Assembly (NCBI GenBank): GCA_045537435.1
Contig: JAZSPL010000076.1
Location: forward strand, 17,662 to 81,661
Length of the DNA stretch: 64,000 nucleotides
Source: Acutalibacteraceae bacterium
GTDB taxonomy: Bacteria > Bacillota > Clostridia > Oscillospirales > Acutalibacteraceae
Direction: 5' to 3'
The notes under the pieces are model-generated. The model searched no databases. It had not been told where the DNA came from and saw nothing but the letters and a program-made list of their open reading frames with translations. Positions 50,015 through 60,217 of this stretch are shown here, piece by piece; the first letter of the stretch is position 1, and each line of letters begins with the position of its first letter. A program made the position numbers and the translations under genes.

Positions 50015-50042
50015 AAAAGGAGTTGCCTTAGCAACTCCTTTT
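50015..50042. terminator. Bidirectional terminator shared by the MMPL gene and sigK
   Basis: AAAAGGAGTTGC-CTTA-GCAACTCCTTTT. The arms include the A- and T-tracts. Confidence 0.8.
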
Positions 50043-50727
50043 AATCTTCAAGAGCTTTTCTTAATCTCGTAAGCACCTTCTTTTCAATTCTTGAAACATA
50101 AGACCTCGATATATTCAGTCTTTTTGAAACCTCAAGCTGAGTCAGCGGTTTGTTACCGTCAAGACCGTAACGCAGAATAATAATAGTCCTTTCACGTGGG
50201 TTATCGATTTTTTTGATTTCTCCGCGAAGCTTTTTGATCATTGTCATTTTGTAAATATCGTCAATAATCTCATCCTCTGTCGCTATGATATCCATAAGCG
50301 TCAGGGGATTTCCTTCGCTGTCCGTGTCAATGGGCTCGTTGACGGAAACGTCCTGTGCTGTCTTTTTCTGCGCACGGAAATACATAAGGATTTCATTCTC
50401 AACACACCGTGCGGCATATGTAGCGAGTCGGGTACCTTTATCAACATCAAAAGTGTTTATTGCCTTAATCAGCCCGATAGTTCCTACCGAAATTAAATCA
50501 TCCTGCTGTGCGGAGTTTGAATAATACTTTTTTATGATGTGCGCAACCAGACGCAGATTGTGTTCAATCAGCTTGTTCTTGGCGTTAGTGTCGCCGTTAC
50601 GGTAAGCAACGAGAGCTTCTTTTTCCTCCTTTGCGGAAAGAGGCGGAGGGAAAGAGCTTGCACTTGAAAGATGCAGAGCAAAAAACAGCAGATTGGATAA
50701 AGAATTAAGCACAACTTCAATAATCAT
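50041..50727 (-). CDS. sigK: Sporulation sigma factor, most like pro-sigma-K (uninterrupted)
   Basis: 228 aa. A hydrophobic pro-sequence of about 25 aa is followed by FPPPLS. LIEHNLRLVAHIIKKY, LATYAARCVENEILMYFRA and ISRSYVSRIEKK match my memory of B. subtilis SigK better than SigE (which has ERNLRLVVYIARKF and ISQSYISRLEKR). Confidence 0.75.
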   Translation of the reverse strand: MIIEVVLNSLSNLLFFALHLSSASSFPPPLSAKEEKEALVAYRNGDTNAKNKLIEHNLRLVAHIIKKYYSNSAQQDDLISVGTIGLIKAINTFDVDKGTRLATYAARCVENEILMYFRAQKKTAQDVSVNEPIDTDSEGNPLTLMDIIATEDEIIDDIYKMTMIKKLRGEIKKIDNPRERTIIILRYGLDGNKPLTQLEVSKRLNISRSYVSRIEKKVLTRLRKALED

Positions 50728-50848
50728 AAAATCACCATATGAAGTATATGCACAATGACGATGTTTTTTGACAGCTATTTTATTTACAAAATGAAATAAT
50801 TATGATAGACTAAACTCAACATATTAAAAATTAATAAGAGGGATTTCG

Positions 50849-52201
50849 ATGAAAGAACTTAAGTTTTTCCTTGTAACAGATACCCATTATTTTAAAAATG
50901 CACTTGGTGCATACGGTAAGGCTTATGACGAGTTTATGGACTTTGAGCAGAAGTGTTTTGCTGAAACTCAGGCTATAAACGAAGCAGCCTTCGCTTATCT
51001 TGAAAAGTGCGATGAAGCTGATATCATTCTTATCGCAGGTGACCTTTCTTTCAACGGTGAGAAGGAGAGTAATATTGCCTTTTCGAAGCTTCTCAAGGAT
51101 TTCAAAGAAAAGACGGGCAAGAAGATTTTTATCGTAACCGCAGGTCACGACTTCAACGACAAGCCTTTCGGATATAACGATACGGGCAGAATCACTCCTG
51201 AGGGTACGAAATTTAGCGAGCTTTACGGATTTTATAAGGATTTCGGCTACACAGATGCAATCGCATTCAATAAGGAGCATTTGTCTTACGTAGCGGATCT
51301 CTCGGACGATGTACGTCTTATCTCAATCTGTAATGATATGGACGGACGTAAAAATGTAGAGTATGACGATGATTTCCTTGATTGGATTGAGGAACAGGCG
51401 AAAAAGGCTCAGGCTGACGGCAAAATGATGATCGCAATGGAGCATTATCCCGTTCTTGCAGGTCAGCCGATTCTCAATCTTGTCCCCGATGCAAGGCAGA
51501 AAAACAGTAAAAAGCTTAGCGAAACTCTTGCAGATAACGGAGTGCATCTCATCTTTACAGGCCATATGCACAACCAGAGTATCAATGAAGTAAAAACTGA
51601 AAAAGGCAATAAATTTTTTGATGTCTGTACAGGCTCGCTTATAGGCTGTCCCGCTTTTATGCGTCTTGTTACACTCAAGGACGAAAGCACTGTTGAAATA
51701 AAGAGTATTCCTGTTCCCGAATTTGAATGGGACAAGGGTGGCAAGACGGGTGAACAGTATCTTCAGGATCAGTTCGACAGAATGATCAGAACTATGGTAA
51801 GCGCAATCGAAAATGACCCTCAGAGATTCTGCGGAAAAATCGGTGTAAAATTCAAACCTTCAATGGATAAGCCGATGCGTTTTATCGGCAAAAAGATTTC
51901 TACCGTAACTCTCGGCACGTTAGGAAAGCTCCTTTTCATAAAGGTTGACAAATCAATCAGGGACGTAAGATTTGCTGACTTTGCGGTTGATATCGTGCGT
52001 TATGTTTTCTCGGGAAATCAGCCGTTTGTCGAAGGAACACCGAAGGGTGATGTGCTTCTTCGCCTTTTCAAGAAAGTAAAGCCGTTTGTTAAAACTCTTA
52101 AAGGCTCTCAGGGTGAAGAACTTGATTTCTACGAAACAATGAAGCACACCGTAGGTAATTACGGAATTGACGATTATAATGCTGAAATTAAACTTAAGTG
52201 A
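50849..52201 (+). CDS. Calcineurin-like metallophosphoesterase (cytoplasmic, 450 aa)
   Basis: LVTDTHYF, IAGDLSFNGE, TAGHDFND and TGHMHNQ motifs. There is no signal peptide. Confidence 0.8.
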   Translation: MKELKFFLVTDTHYFKNALGAYGKAYDEFMDFEQKCFAETQAINEAAFAYLEKCDEADIILIAGDLSFNGEKESNIAFSKLLKDFKEKTGKKIFIVTAGHDFNDKPFGYNDTGRITPEGTKFSELYGFYKDFGYTDAIAFNKEHLSYVADLSDDVRLISICNDMDGRKNVEYDDDFLDWIEEQAKKAQADGKMMIAMEHYPVLAGQPILNLVPDARQKNSKKLSETLADNGVHLIFTGHMHNQSINEVKTEKGNKFFDVCTGSLIGCPAFMRLVTLKDESTVEIKSIPVPEFEWDKGGKTGEQYLQDQFDRMIRTMVSAIENDPQRFCGKIGVKFKPSMDKPMRFIGKKISTVTLGTLGKLLFIKVDKSIRDVRFADFAVDIVRYVFSGNQPFVEGTPKGDVLLRLFKKVKPFVKTLKGSQGEELDFYETMKHTVGNYGIDDYNAEIKLK

Positions 52202-52209
52202 GGTTAATT

Positions 52210-53556
52210 ATGGTTTCGTTAGAACTTTTTAATTACGATGTTTTTCCGAAAGTATTCGAGTCTGAAAAAGAAATAGAGGTTACAATTAAGCCTCTTGGCG
52301 CACACGTTGAATTTAAAGGCGAATATACAATCCGGGTGAAAGCACTTACTCAGGGCAACATCAGGGACTATAAAGAGAGAAACAACCTTGCTGAATACAA
52401 GGTAAGTCCGGATGCTGACGGATGCCTTCGTTTCAGGCATACATACCATGACGAGCAGGAGCATTTCGTTGAAATTTTTAAGGAAGATAAAAGGACAGTA
52501 AGACTTTCTGTTTATTCACTTGCTCCTGATATGGTCGGCAGATATCCTTTCAGGGGCGACCTTCATATGCATACCTGCCGTTCGGACGGACACCAGGCAC
52601 CTGCAATTGTTGCCGCGGAGTACAGAAAAAACGGTTACGACTTCCTTGCGATTACCGACCACGATTCTTATTATCCGTCCCTTGAAGCAATGAATGCTTA
52701 CAAGGATGTGCCGATTGAGTATACTCTTGTAACAGGTGAGGAGGTTCACCTTGAGGATAACGACATTCATATCGTAAACTTCGGCGGTAAGTACAGCGTC
52801 AATGCACTTATGCCGGGCGATCACCATATCGACGTCGGATCCGGTAAGGATTTGCGTTCGCTTGACGGTGAGTGTCCCGAAATTATCAGCGTTGAGGAAT
52901 ATAAAAGGCAGGTTAACGAGCTTGCAGAAACCCTTGATATCCCCGAAGGTATTGAAAAATTCATCTACGCTTCCTGCGTATGGATTTTTAATCATATCAA
53001 AAAGGCGGAAGGTCTTGGAATCTTCTGTCACCCGTATTGGATTTCAAATGTTTTTCAGGTTCCCGAAACCCTTGTTGAATATATGATGGAAACTCAGCCG
53101 TTTGATGCTTTCGAAGTCCTCGGCGGCGAATCATATTATCAGCAGAACGGTTTCCAGGCTGCCAGATATTATGACGACAGAGCAAAGGGCAGACGTTATC
53201 CGATAGTCGGCAGTACGGACAGCCATTCAAGCGTGCATAACGACGGTGCTTTGATTGCTTCGACAATCGTTTTTGCACCCGAAAATACGCGTGAAGGTCT
53301 TGTTTCTTCAATCAAGGATATGTATTCCGTTGCTGTCGATACAATCAGCACTGAACACAGACTCGTGGGCGAAACACGTTTTATAAGATACGGCGATTTC
53401 CTTCTTCGTGAATTTTTCCCTCTGCATGACGAGCTTGTTTTTGAAGAGGGCAGAGCGATGAAAGACTATGTCTGCGGTGACGAAACTGCGGCAGATATAC
53501 TCAAAGCAATCAGTGGAAGAATGAAAAAACAGAGAGAAAAATATTTTGCATTTTAA
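52210..53556 (+). CDS. PHP-domain (CehA/McbA-like) metal-dependent phosphoesterase
   Basis: GDLHMHTCRSDGH and AITDHDSY motifs. The ATG at 52210 is preceded by GAGG, which overlaps the upstream stop. Confidence 0.72.
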   Translation: MVSLELFNYDVFPKVFESEKEIEVTIKPLGAHVEFKGEYTIRVKALTQGNIRDYKERNNLAEYKVSPDADGCLRFRHTYHDEQEHFVEIFKEDKRTVRLSVYSLAPDMVGRYPFRGDLHMHTCRSDGHQAPAIVAAEYRKNGYDFLAITDHDSYYPSLEAMNAYKDVPIEYTLVTGEEVHLEDNDIHIVNFGGKYSVNALMPGDHHIDVGSGKDLRSLDGECPEIISVEEYKRQVNELAETLDIPEGIEKFIYASCVWIFNHIKKAEGLGIFCHPYWISNVFQVPETLVEYMMETQPFDAFEVLGGESYYQQNGFQAARYYDDRAKGRRYPIVGSTDSHSSVHNDGALIASTIVFAPENTREGLVSSIKDMYSVAVDTISTEHRLVGETRFIRYGDFLLREFFPLHDELVFEEGRAMKDYVCGDETAADILKAISGRMKKQREKYFAF

Positions 53557-53681
53557 TTATCAGACTGGCATCGCTTACGCGGTGTCAGTTTTTTTCAGTA
53601 ACATAGGTTCAAATTTCTCTTGTAAAAACTTGTCGTTTATAGTAGAATGTAATCAGTATTTGCATCAAAGGAGAGATTGGA

Positions 53682-55574
53682 ATGTTATTTATTTCATTGG
53701 GCATTATCGCAGGCCTTGTTATAGGCTTGGTTGATATATTTGTCCTTAAACGCGGAAAAAAACCGATCAACAAGATTTTTACGGTGATCGGTGATGTTCT
53801 TGCGTCAAATATCGTTTCGGTTTATGTAATGGACCTGATTCACAGAGTTTTTATGGACTGTTCTGTGTTTAAGCTTGCACCGATTACGAAAGCTCTCAGC
53901 TTTGGTTACATGGGTCTTACTGCGGCAATCGGATTTTTGTGGATTCTTACAATTGCTATGTTTGACGGCAGAGTTTTCTGTAAGAAAGAAACTGCTAAAT
54001 TCAAAAAGACTTTGACTTTCACAAGCGTTCTTTCAGTTGTTCTTGTTGCTTTGGGTATGGCTGCTTTTACGGGTACAACATGGTCAAAGGAAACGTTCGG
54101 TGACGTTGACCCGGACCAGATGATTGTCAATATCTTCTCTCCTGCAGAAGGAACAAGCAGTGAAATTATGTCAACTCTCTGGAAAGGTCCCGTTCTTCAG
54201 ACGGTGGCGGTAACATTCCTCTTTGCTCTTTTTGTTTTTTCAAGCCGTGCATTGTATATGCAGAGTAAGGTCAAAGAAAACGGAAGACGTATTTTTTCAG
54301 TAGCGTTCAGAAAGATAATTGCTCTTATTCTTGCAATTGCTTTTATTGCGGGCGGTATCGCTTACGGTATAAGAGAGTTTCAGCTTGTAACTCTTTATGA
54401 TATGTATTACAGCGAATCCGAATTTATTGCTGCAAATTTCGCGAACCCCAGAGAAGTAAAAATGAAATTCCCAAAGGAAAAGAGAAATCTTATTCACATC
54501 TATCTTGAGTCAATGGAAAATACTTATCTCTCAAAGGAACTGGGCGGCTATATGGATGAAAACCTCATCAAACCGCTTTCAGATCTTGCAGAAGAAGGTG
54601 TAACATTCTCTCACCTTGATGAAGGCTTTGGAGGTCCTGTTGCAACAATGGGTTGTACCTGGTCAGTTGCTTCAATGGTTAATATGACAACGGGTCTCCC
54701 GATGAAGGTTCCGACGGGCGGTAACGATTACGGTTCGCCTAACAATTTCCTTCCTGGTGCAGTTGCTCTCGGAGATATCCTTGAAGCTCAGGGCTATGAG
54801 CAGACTCTTATGTTCGGTGCTACGGCGAAATTCGGCGGACTCAATTATTTCTACGAAAGTCACGGCAATTTCAATATGCTTGACTATGACGGAGTAAAAG
54901 AAAAAGGCTGGATTCCGAAGGATTATAAAGTATGGTGGGGATATGAGGACGATAAGCTCTATGAATTTGCAAAGAAAGAGCTTACACGTCTGAGTGAAAC
55001 GGGTAAACCGTTCCATTTCGTAATGGAAACTGCAGACACTCACTGTCAGGACGGATATTTAAGTCCGAAGGCTCCTACACCAAGAGACAGTCAGTATGCA
55101 AATGTTATCGCGTACAGTGCAGATGAAGTAACAAAGTTCGTTCGTTGGATTCAGGATCAGCCGTTCTATGAAAACACAACGATTGTTCTTATCGGTGACC
55201 ATCTCAGTATGGATAAAAAGTTCTTTGCTGATATGGAAAAGTCTTATCTCAGAACGACGTTCAATCTTATCCTTAACCCTGCCAATGATCTTCAGTATAT
55301 TCCCGAGGAAAGAAAATTCAATCGTTGGTGGTATAACGGCGATATGTTCCCGACAATCCTCGCGAGTATGGGCGTAATTGTTGAAGGTGACAGATTGGGA
55401 CTCGGTACTAACCTTTTCTCCGGTACACCGACAATTATGGAAGAAAACGGAGAGGGCAGAAAAGGCTGGCACTTCGTAGACGATGCTTTCTCATATAAGA
55501 GCGATCTGTATAATGAAACAATTCTTGTCGGTAATAACGAACCCTTTGATAACAAAAACGTTGTTGAATACTAA
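53682..55574 (+). CDS. LTA-synthase/sulfatase-family (alkaline-phosphatase superfamily) membrane enzyme
   Basis: About five N-terminal TM helices, then an extracytoplasmic sulfatase-like domain (IHIYLESMEN, METADTHCQDGY, VLIGDHLS). Confidence 0.78.
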   Translation: MLFISLGIIAGLVIGLVDIFVLKRGKKPINKIFTVIGDVLASNIVSVYVMDLIHRVFMDCSVFKLAPITKALSFGYMGLTAAIGFLWILTIAMFDGRVFCKKETAKFKKTLTFTSVLSVVLVALGMAAFTGTTWSKETFGDVDPDQMIVNIFSPAEGTSSEIMSTLWKGPVLQTVAVTFLFALFVFSSRALYMQSKVKENGRRIFSVAFRKIIALILAIAFIAGGIAYGIREFQLVTLYDMYYSESEFIAANFANPREVKMKFPKEKRNLIHIYLESMENTYLSKELGGYMDENLIKPLSDLAEEGVTFSHLDEGFGGPVATMGCTWSVASMVNMTTGLPMKVPTGGNDYGSPNNFLPGAVALGDILEAQGYEQTLMFGATAKFGGLNYFYESHGNFNMLDYDGVKEKGWIPKDYKVWWGYEDDKLYEFAKKELTRLSETGKPFHFVMETADTHCQDGYLSPKAPTPRDSQYANVIAYSADEVTKFVRWIQDQPFYENTTIVLIGDHLSMDKKFFADMEKSYLRTTFNLILNPANDLQYIPEERKFNRWWYNGDMFPTILASMGVIVEGDRLGLGTNLFSGTPTIMEENGEGRKGWHFVDDAFSYKSDLYNETILVGNNEPFDNKNVVEY

Positions 55575-55643
55575 TTTCCAAATTGACAATTTAACTGTAT
55601 TGTGATAGACTTTCATTATCACCTAATAAATGGAGGTAGGTTT

Positions 55644-56687
55644 ATGAAAATGTTTAAAAAGTTTATGGCGGTTGTACTCGCGCTTGTTTTTGCACTGAGC
55701 TGTGTTTCAACGGCTTCAGCACTGTCACTTGAAACAGAGTATGAAACTCTTTGCGGTGAATTTGTTTTCGGTGAAGGTCCCGTTGTAGGTAAGTACTCAA
55801 TCGATTACAGATATTTCTCACCTGCAAAGGAAGGCGATACTGCAAAGTATCCTCTTGTTGTATGGCTTCACGGTATGGGTGACGGTGCCGAGGACGGAAG
55901 GCAGGTTTCGAAGAGCGAAATCGCTTACTGGGCAAGTGACGAATTTCAGGCAAGATTCCAGCCTGCAGGCGGTGCATATATCCTTGCGGCACGTTCACGT
56001 GAAGAGAACGGTAAATTCTGGGACAACGACCTTGTTGAACCCTTGAGAGCAGCGATCGAAGACTTCGTTGCAAAAAATAACGTTGATACAACAAGAATTT
56101 ATGTTGGCGGTTATTCAATGGGCGGTAAGATGACATACAAGATGGCTGTTGCATATCCCGAAATGTTTGCGGCAGCATTCCCGATCTGTCCCGCATGGTC
56201 AGTTCCCGAAGAGTATGCAGGATGTCTTTCAGACCTTCCTCTTTGGTTAACATCAAGCTCACGAGATCCTCTTGTTAACTATTATCTTGCAGTTACGCCT
56301 ACATGGGAAAGAATTATGGCAGCATCAAACGTAGCTGAGGATTGCCGTTTCTCAACTCTTACAAAGGTCTGCTATGCAAACGGCAAAAAGACTTCAAGCT
56401 CACATCACGCATGGTTCTCCGTAAACTACGATATGTTCTCAATCGAAAACGGAGATTATCCGAATATGTCAACAGTCAACGGCCTTGGCGAAGAAGTAAC
56501 TCTTACATATCCCAACGGTATGATTTCATGGCTTTCACAGTTCACTTCAGAATACGACGGTACACCCGTTGAAGGTATGGGTAACCTTGAAGGCGGTAAA
56601 AATACTGACGGTATGCTTTATTTTGACAGCATCTGTGATTTCTTTGATGCATTGTTCAATGCAATCAAAATGATTTTTAGTTTTTGA
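55644..56687 (+). CDS. Secreted alpha/beta-hydrolase (esterase/peptidase, COG4099-like)
   Basis: Signal peptide MKMFKKFMAVVLALVFALSCVSTASA. KYPLVVWLHGMGDG, and the nucleophile elbow GGYSMGG. ATG at 55644 (GGAGG upstream). Confidence 0.75.
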   Translation: MKMFKKFMAVVLALVFALSCVSTASALSLETEYETLCGEFVFGEGPVVGKYSIDYRYFSPAKEGDTAKYPLVVWLHGMGDGAEDGRQVSKSEIAYWASDEFQARFQPAGGAYILAARSREENGKFWDNDLVEPLRAAIEDFVAKNNVDTTRIYVGGYSMGGKMTYKMAVAYPEMFAAAFPICPAWSVPEEYAGCLSDLPLWLTSSSRDPLVNYYLAVTPTWERIMAASNVAEDCRFSTLTKVCYANGKKTSSSHHAWFSVNYDMFSIENGDYPNMSTVNGLGEEVTLTYPNGMISWLSQFTSEYDGTPVEGMGNLEGGKNTDGMLYFDSICDFFDALFNAIKMIFSF

Positions 56688-56706
56688 TTAAGAAAGGATA
56701 AGTACT

Positions 56707-57615
56707 TTGTTTAACGGTATTTTAAAAACAATTGTTTCAATTCTTACGGCGATTGTGTCATTTTTTACATTCCCGTCAGTGGATGCTGAAAATCCTCTCG
56801 TGAATGTTAATCCTAACCCTATCAAAGATGAAGTTGTTGCTCAGGATTTAACGGTTATGACCTATAATCTCAAGTGTAGCGGTGAGGGTAAATATTCACA
56901 GGAAAGCAGAAAAGACGGTGTATGCGGTATAATCAACAGCTATTCACCGGATTCTTTCGGTGTACAGGAAGCTGATAAAAACTGGATAGCGCTCCTTAGT
57001 GATGATATGCCGGATTACAATTACTTCGGAACATACCGTGATGACGGTGTTTCAGAGGGTGAGTCAAACAATATCTTTTACAAAAAAGATAAGTATGAGC
57101 TTATAAACTCAGGCGATTTCTGGCTTTCAGATACTCCTGATGTGCCTTCAATGGGCTGGGATGCGGCTTGCTACAGAATCTGTACTTATGTAATCCTTAA
57201 GGATAAAGTAACAGGCTTTGTTTATGCTCATTTCAACACACATCTTGACCATGTCGGCGAAGTTGCACAGGCGGAGTCAATTGCACTTATTTCATCAAAG
57301 ATAGCTGAAATAGCACCGGATATTCCCGTTGTTCTCACGGGTGATTTCAATTTCAACGAAACCAAAGATTTCTATGACGATGTGCTTTCGTGCGGATTTG
57401 CTGATACAAAATATCTTACAGAAGATTATGATATCGGTGCAACTTACAATGATTATAAACTCATTGCACTCGGTCTTAATCCCATTGATCATATTTTTGT
57501 AAATGCTTATATCAAAAATGTTAAATCAAGTTCAATTGACAAGTCAAAGCATAACGGCATTTATCCGTCAGATCATTTCCCGGTTATTGTTGAAATGACA
57601 ATGTTCAATGGATGA
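56707..57615 (+). CDS. Endonuclease/exonuclease/phosphatase (EEP) family protein, secreted
   Basis: N-terminal hydrophobic signal. LTVMTYNL, TGDFNF and the C-terminal YPSDHFPV are hallmarks of the EEP fold. The start is TTG. Confidence 0.8.
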   Translation: MFNGILKTIVSILTAIVSFFTFPSVDAENPLVNVNPNPIKDEVVAQDLTVMTYNLKCSGEGKYSQESRKDGVCGIINSYSPDSFGVQEADKNWIALLSDDMPDYNYFGTYRDDGVSEGESNNIFYKKDKYELINSGDFWLSDTPDVPSMGWDAACYRICTYVILKDKVTGFVYAHFNTHLDHVGEVAQAESIALISSKIAEIAPDIPVVLTGDFNFNETKDFYDDVLSCGFADTKYLTEDYDIGATYNDYKLIALGLNPIDHIFVNAYIKNVKSSSIDKSKHNGIYPSDHFPVIVEMTMFNG

Positions 57616-57616
57616 T

Positions 57617-57648
57617 AAAAAACGTCGGTGATTTCACCGACGTTTTTT
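57617..57648 (+). terminator. Rho-independent terminator
   Basis: AAAAAACGTCGGTG-ATTT-CACCGACGTTTTTT. Confidence 0.85.
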
Positions 57649-57704
57649 GAATTGTTTTTGCGTTTTCGGGCATACTCTTCATAGAAATATGAAAGGGTGA
57701 TAAT

Positions 57705-58139
57705 ATGATTGAACCGGATACAATAAAGCTTCTTCGTGAATGCGATGCAGGTGTGAAAATGGGGATTGATTCCATCGAGGATGTGGTTGAAAAAGCGGAA
57801 GCGTGCGGACTGAAGAAATATCTTGTAAACTGCAAGCGCGACCACGAAACGCTTGACCGCGAAATTCAGGAGTTGCTTAAGTCTTACGACGACGAGGGTA
57901 AAGAACCGAGTGCCGTTTCAAAGGGTATGTCGTGGATGAAGACGAATGCAAAGCTCATGATGGATGAGTCGGATGCGACTATTGCAGACCTTATGACAGA
58001 CGGTTGCAATATGGGTGTTAAATCCCTGAGCAGATATCTCAATCAATATAAAGCGGCAGATGAGCAGTCCAAGGATATTGCTAAAAGACTTATAAATCTT
58101 GAGGAACGTCTTGCAATTGATATCCGTCCGTATTTATAA
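57705..58139 (+). CDS. Small conserved hypothetical helical protein
   Basis: 144-aa ORF with an RBS (AAAGGGTGA) and its own terminator. I do not recognise a catalytic motif. Confidence 0.5.
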   Translation: MIEPDTIKLLRECDAGVKMGIDSIEDVVEKAEACGLKKYLVNCKRDHETLDREIQELLKSYDDEGKEPSAVSKGMSWMKTNAKLMMDESDATIADLMTDGCNMGVKSLSRYLNQYKAADEQSKDIAKRLINLEERLAIDIRPYL

Positions 58140-58192
58140 TTTTCTCTCAGCTTGCGATAGCTTCGCAGGCTGATTTTTCTGTCTGCCTGCTG

Positions 58193-58221
58193 TTGACAAA
58201 ATCACCCTTGTAGTATATAAT
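58193..58221 (+). promoter_or_regulatory. Consensus sigma-70 promoter of yebC
   Basis: TTGACA (58193-58198), 17-nt spacer, TATAAT (58216-58221). Confidence 0.7.
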
Positions 58222-58253
58222 CTTTAAGAAATTTTTTGAAAATGGTGATAAAT

Positions 58254-58985
58254 ATGTCAGGACATTCAAAATGGAGTACAATCAAGCGTAAAAAGGAAAA
58301 AACAGACGGCGCAAGAGCAAAGATTTTTACAAAAATCGGCCGTGAAATTGCTGTTGCTGTTAAGAATGGCGGCCCCGATCCTTCAGTTAACACAAAGCTT
58401 AAGGACGTAATCGCAAAGGCAAAGTCAAACAACGTACCTAACGATAATATCGAGCGTATCATCAAGAAGGCTGCAGGCGAGGGTAATGCAGATAACTATG
58501 AAGAGATCATGTACGAAGGCTACGGCCCGTCAGGTATCGCGGTTATCGTTGAAACTCTTACAGATAACCGTAACCGTACAGCAGGCGATGTCCGCCACTA
58601 TTTCGATAAATTCGGCGGAAACATGGGACAGAGTGGTTGCGTTTCTTTCATGTTCACACGTTGCGGTGTTATTATGGTAGAGGCTGAAGGCGTTGATGAA
58701 GAGAAGCTCATGGAAGATGCTCTTGAGTCAGGTGCAACAGATTTCATCACAGATGAAGAAGGCGTGTTCGAAATTCGTACTGAGGCAAATGACCTCGGCG
58801 CAGTACGTGATGAGCTCGAAGCAAAGGGTTATTCATTCCTTCAGGCAGAAGTTGAATATGTGCCCAGCACATACACAAAGCTTACAAACGAAGACGATAT
58901 CACAAATATGAATAAGATGCTTGATATGTTCGATGACAACGATGATGTTCAGAACGTATGGCATAACTGGGAAATGGACGACTGA
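58254..58985 (+). CDS. yebC: YebC/PmpR family DNA-binding/translation-associated protein
   Basis: [27 protein letters not shown] is the family's canonical N-terminus. The ATG at 58254 is used because the track start at 58236 is only about 8 nt from the predicted TSS. Confidence 0.93.
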   Translation: MSGHSKWSTIKRKKEKTDGARAKIFTKIGREIAVAVKNGGPDPSVNTKLKDVIAKAKSNNVPNDNIERIIKKAAGEGNADNYEEIMYEGYGPSGIAVIVETLTDNRNRTAGDVRHYFDKFGGNMGQSGCVSFMFTRCGVIMVEAEGVDEEKLMEDALESGATDFITDEEGVFEIRTEANDLGAVRDELEAKGYSFLQAEVEYVPSTYTKLTNEDDITNMNKMLDMFDDNDDVQNVWHNWEMDD

Positions 58986-59006
58986 TTCTGTTTCTTTGAT
59001 GTGTAC

Positions 59007-59036
59007 CCCGTAAGGTTTTAAATCTTACGGGTTTTT
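59007..59036 (+). terminator. Rho-independent terminator
   Basis: CCCGTAAG-GTTTTAAAT-CTTACGGG followed by TTTTT. Confidence 0.75.
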
Positions 59037-59104
59037 ACATTGCTGATTAAAATTCCTATTGTGTTTTTTTACTGTTTGGTTTAAAATAAAAAAGGTGATT
59101 AATT

Positions 59105-60211
59105 ATGAATATGAATTTCTTTGTCAACACAAGGCTTATAACGGGTGTTGACTGTGTCAGAAACAATGCGGAAAGGCTTGGCTCATACGGTGACATTTGC
59201 CTTATCGTAACGGGTGCTTCATCAGCTAAAAAATGCGGTGCGTTTGACGATGTGGTTAAGGCTCTTGATTCAACAGGTGTAAAGTATGAAATCTACGATA
59301 AAATCTGTCAGAATCCGACGGTCGAATCCTGCTTTGAAGCGGGAAAGCTTGCCTGCGAAATGAATGCGGATTTTATAATCGGTATCGGCGGAGGCTCGCC
59401 GCTTGATGCTTCAAAAGCAATTGCCGTTGTTGCGGCAAATCCTGATATTACGGAAGAAAAGCTTTATGCTATGGATTGGGCGGAACAGCCTCTTCCTGTA
59501 GTCGCTGTCGGAACGACTGCGGGTACGGGAAGCGAGGTTACGAGCGTAGCAGTTATAACAAACAGCAAAGGCTTCAAAAAGAGCTTCAGAAACGATCTTT
59601 CATATCCGTTTTTGTCTTTGGGTGACCCGAAATACACTCTCAGTCTCAGCGATTCCTTCACTCGTTCAACGGCGGTTGATGCACTCGCACACTGTGTTGA
59701 AAGCCTCTTCAGCCGTTCTGCAAACGATATTTCAAAAATCTATGCAGTTGCAGGAGTCAGAAAACTCCTGAAGGTTTTTGAAAAGATTATTGCTGAATCA
59801 ACAGAGAGTCTTACTATCGAAGACAGGGAAGAACTTTATAACGCATCCATCCTGGGCGGTCTTGCAATTGCAATAACGGGAACTGCGTTTCCGCACGCAC
59901 TCGGCTATTTCCTTACGGAAAATTACGGTGTCGCTCACGGTACAGCCTGCGCGGTGTTCCTGAATGAATTTGTTGATTACAATGCAGAAATCAAGCCTGA
60001 AATTACAAAAGAGTTTTTTGATGATATACGTATTGATGCTGAAAAATTTAAAACAATGGTGGAGAAAATCACACCTGCGGTTGATGTCAGACTAAGTGAC
60101 GATGATATTGAAAAACTCTCTGTCCGCTGGGAAAACAATGCGGCGCTCAAGCGTAATTGGGGAAATATTGATACAGCATTTGTGAATTCGCTTTTGAGAA
60201 AATTGTTTTAA
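59105..60211 (+). CDS. Iron-containing (group III) alcohol dehydrogenase family protein
   Basis: GIGGGSPLDASKA (GGGSxxD) and the histidine-rich metal site region (DALAHCVES, FPHALGY). 368 aa. Confidence 0.82.
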   Translation: MNMNFFVNTRLITGVDCVRNNAERLGSYGDICLIVTGASSAKKCGAFDDVVKALDSTGVKYEIYDKICQNPTVESCFEAGKLACEMNADFIIGIGGGSPLDASKAIAVVAANPDITEEKLYAMDWAEQPLPVVAVGTTAGTGSEVTSVAVITNSKGFKKSFRNDLSYPFLSLGDPKYTLSLSDSFTRSTAVDALAHCVESLFSRSANDISKIYAVAGVRKLLKVFEKIIAESTESLTIEDREELYNASILGGLAIAITGTAFPHALGYFLTENYGVAHGTACAVFLNEFVDYNAEIKPEITKEFFDDIRIDAEKFKTMVEKITPAVDVRLSDDDIEKLSVRWENNAALKRNWGNIDTAFVNSLLRKLF

Positions 60212-60217
60212 ATTTTC

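Noticed and set aside
50041-50727. Possible interruption of sigK by a skin-like prophage element
   Set aside because: The ORF is continuous from the pro-sequence through region 4.2 (228 aa), and no recombinase or phage genes flank it.
50728-50848. Sigma-E/sigma-K-type promoter upstream of sigK (CATATACT about 16 nt before the ATG)
   Set aside because: The CATA-type -10 match lies too close to the start codon and RBS to give a sensible leader. No clear -35 partner could be fixed, so there is not enough support to annotate it.
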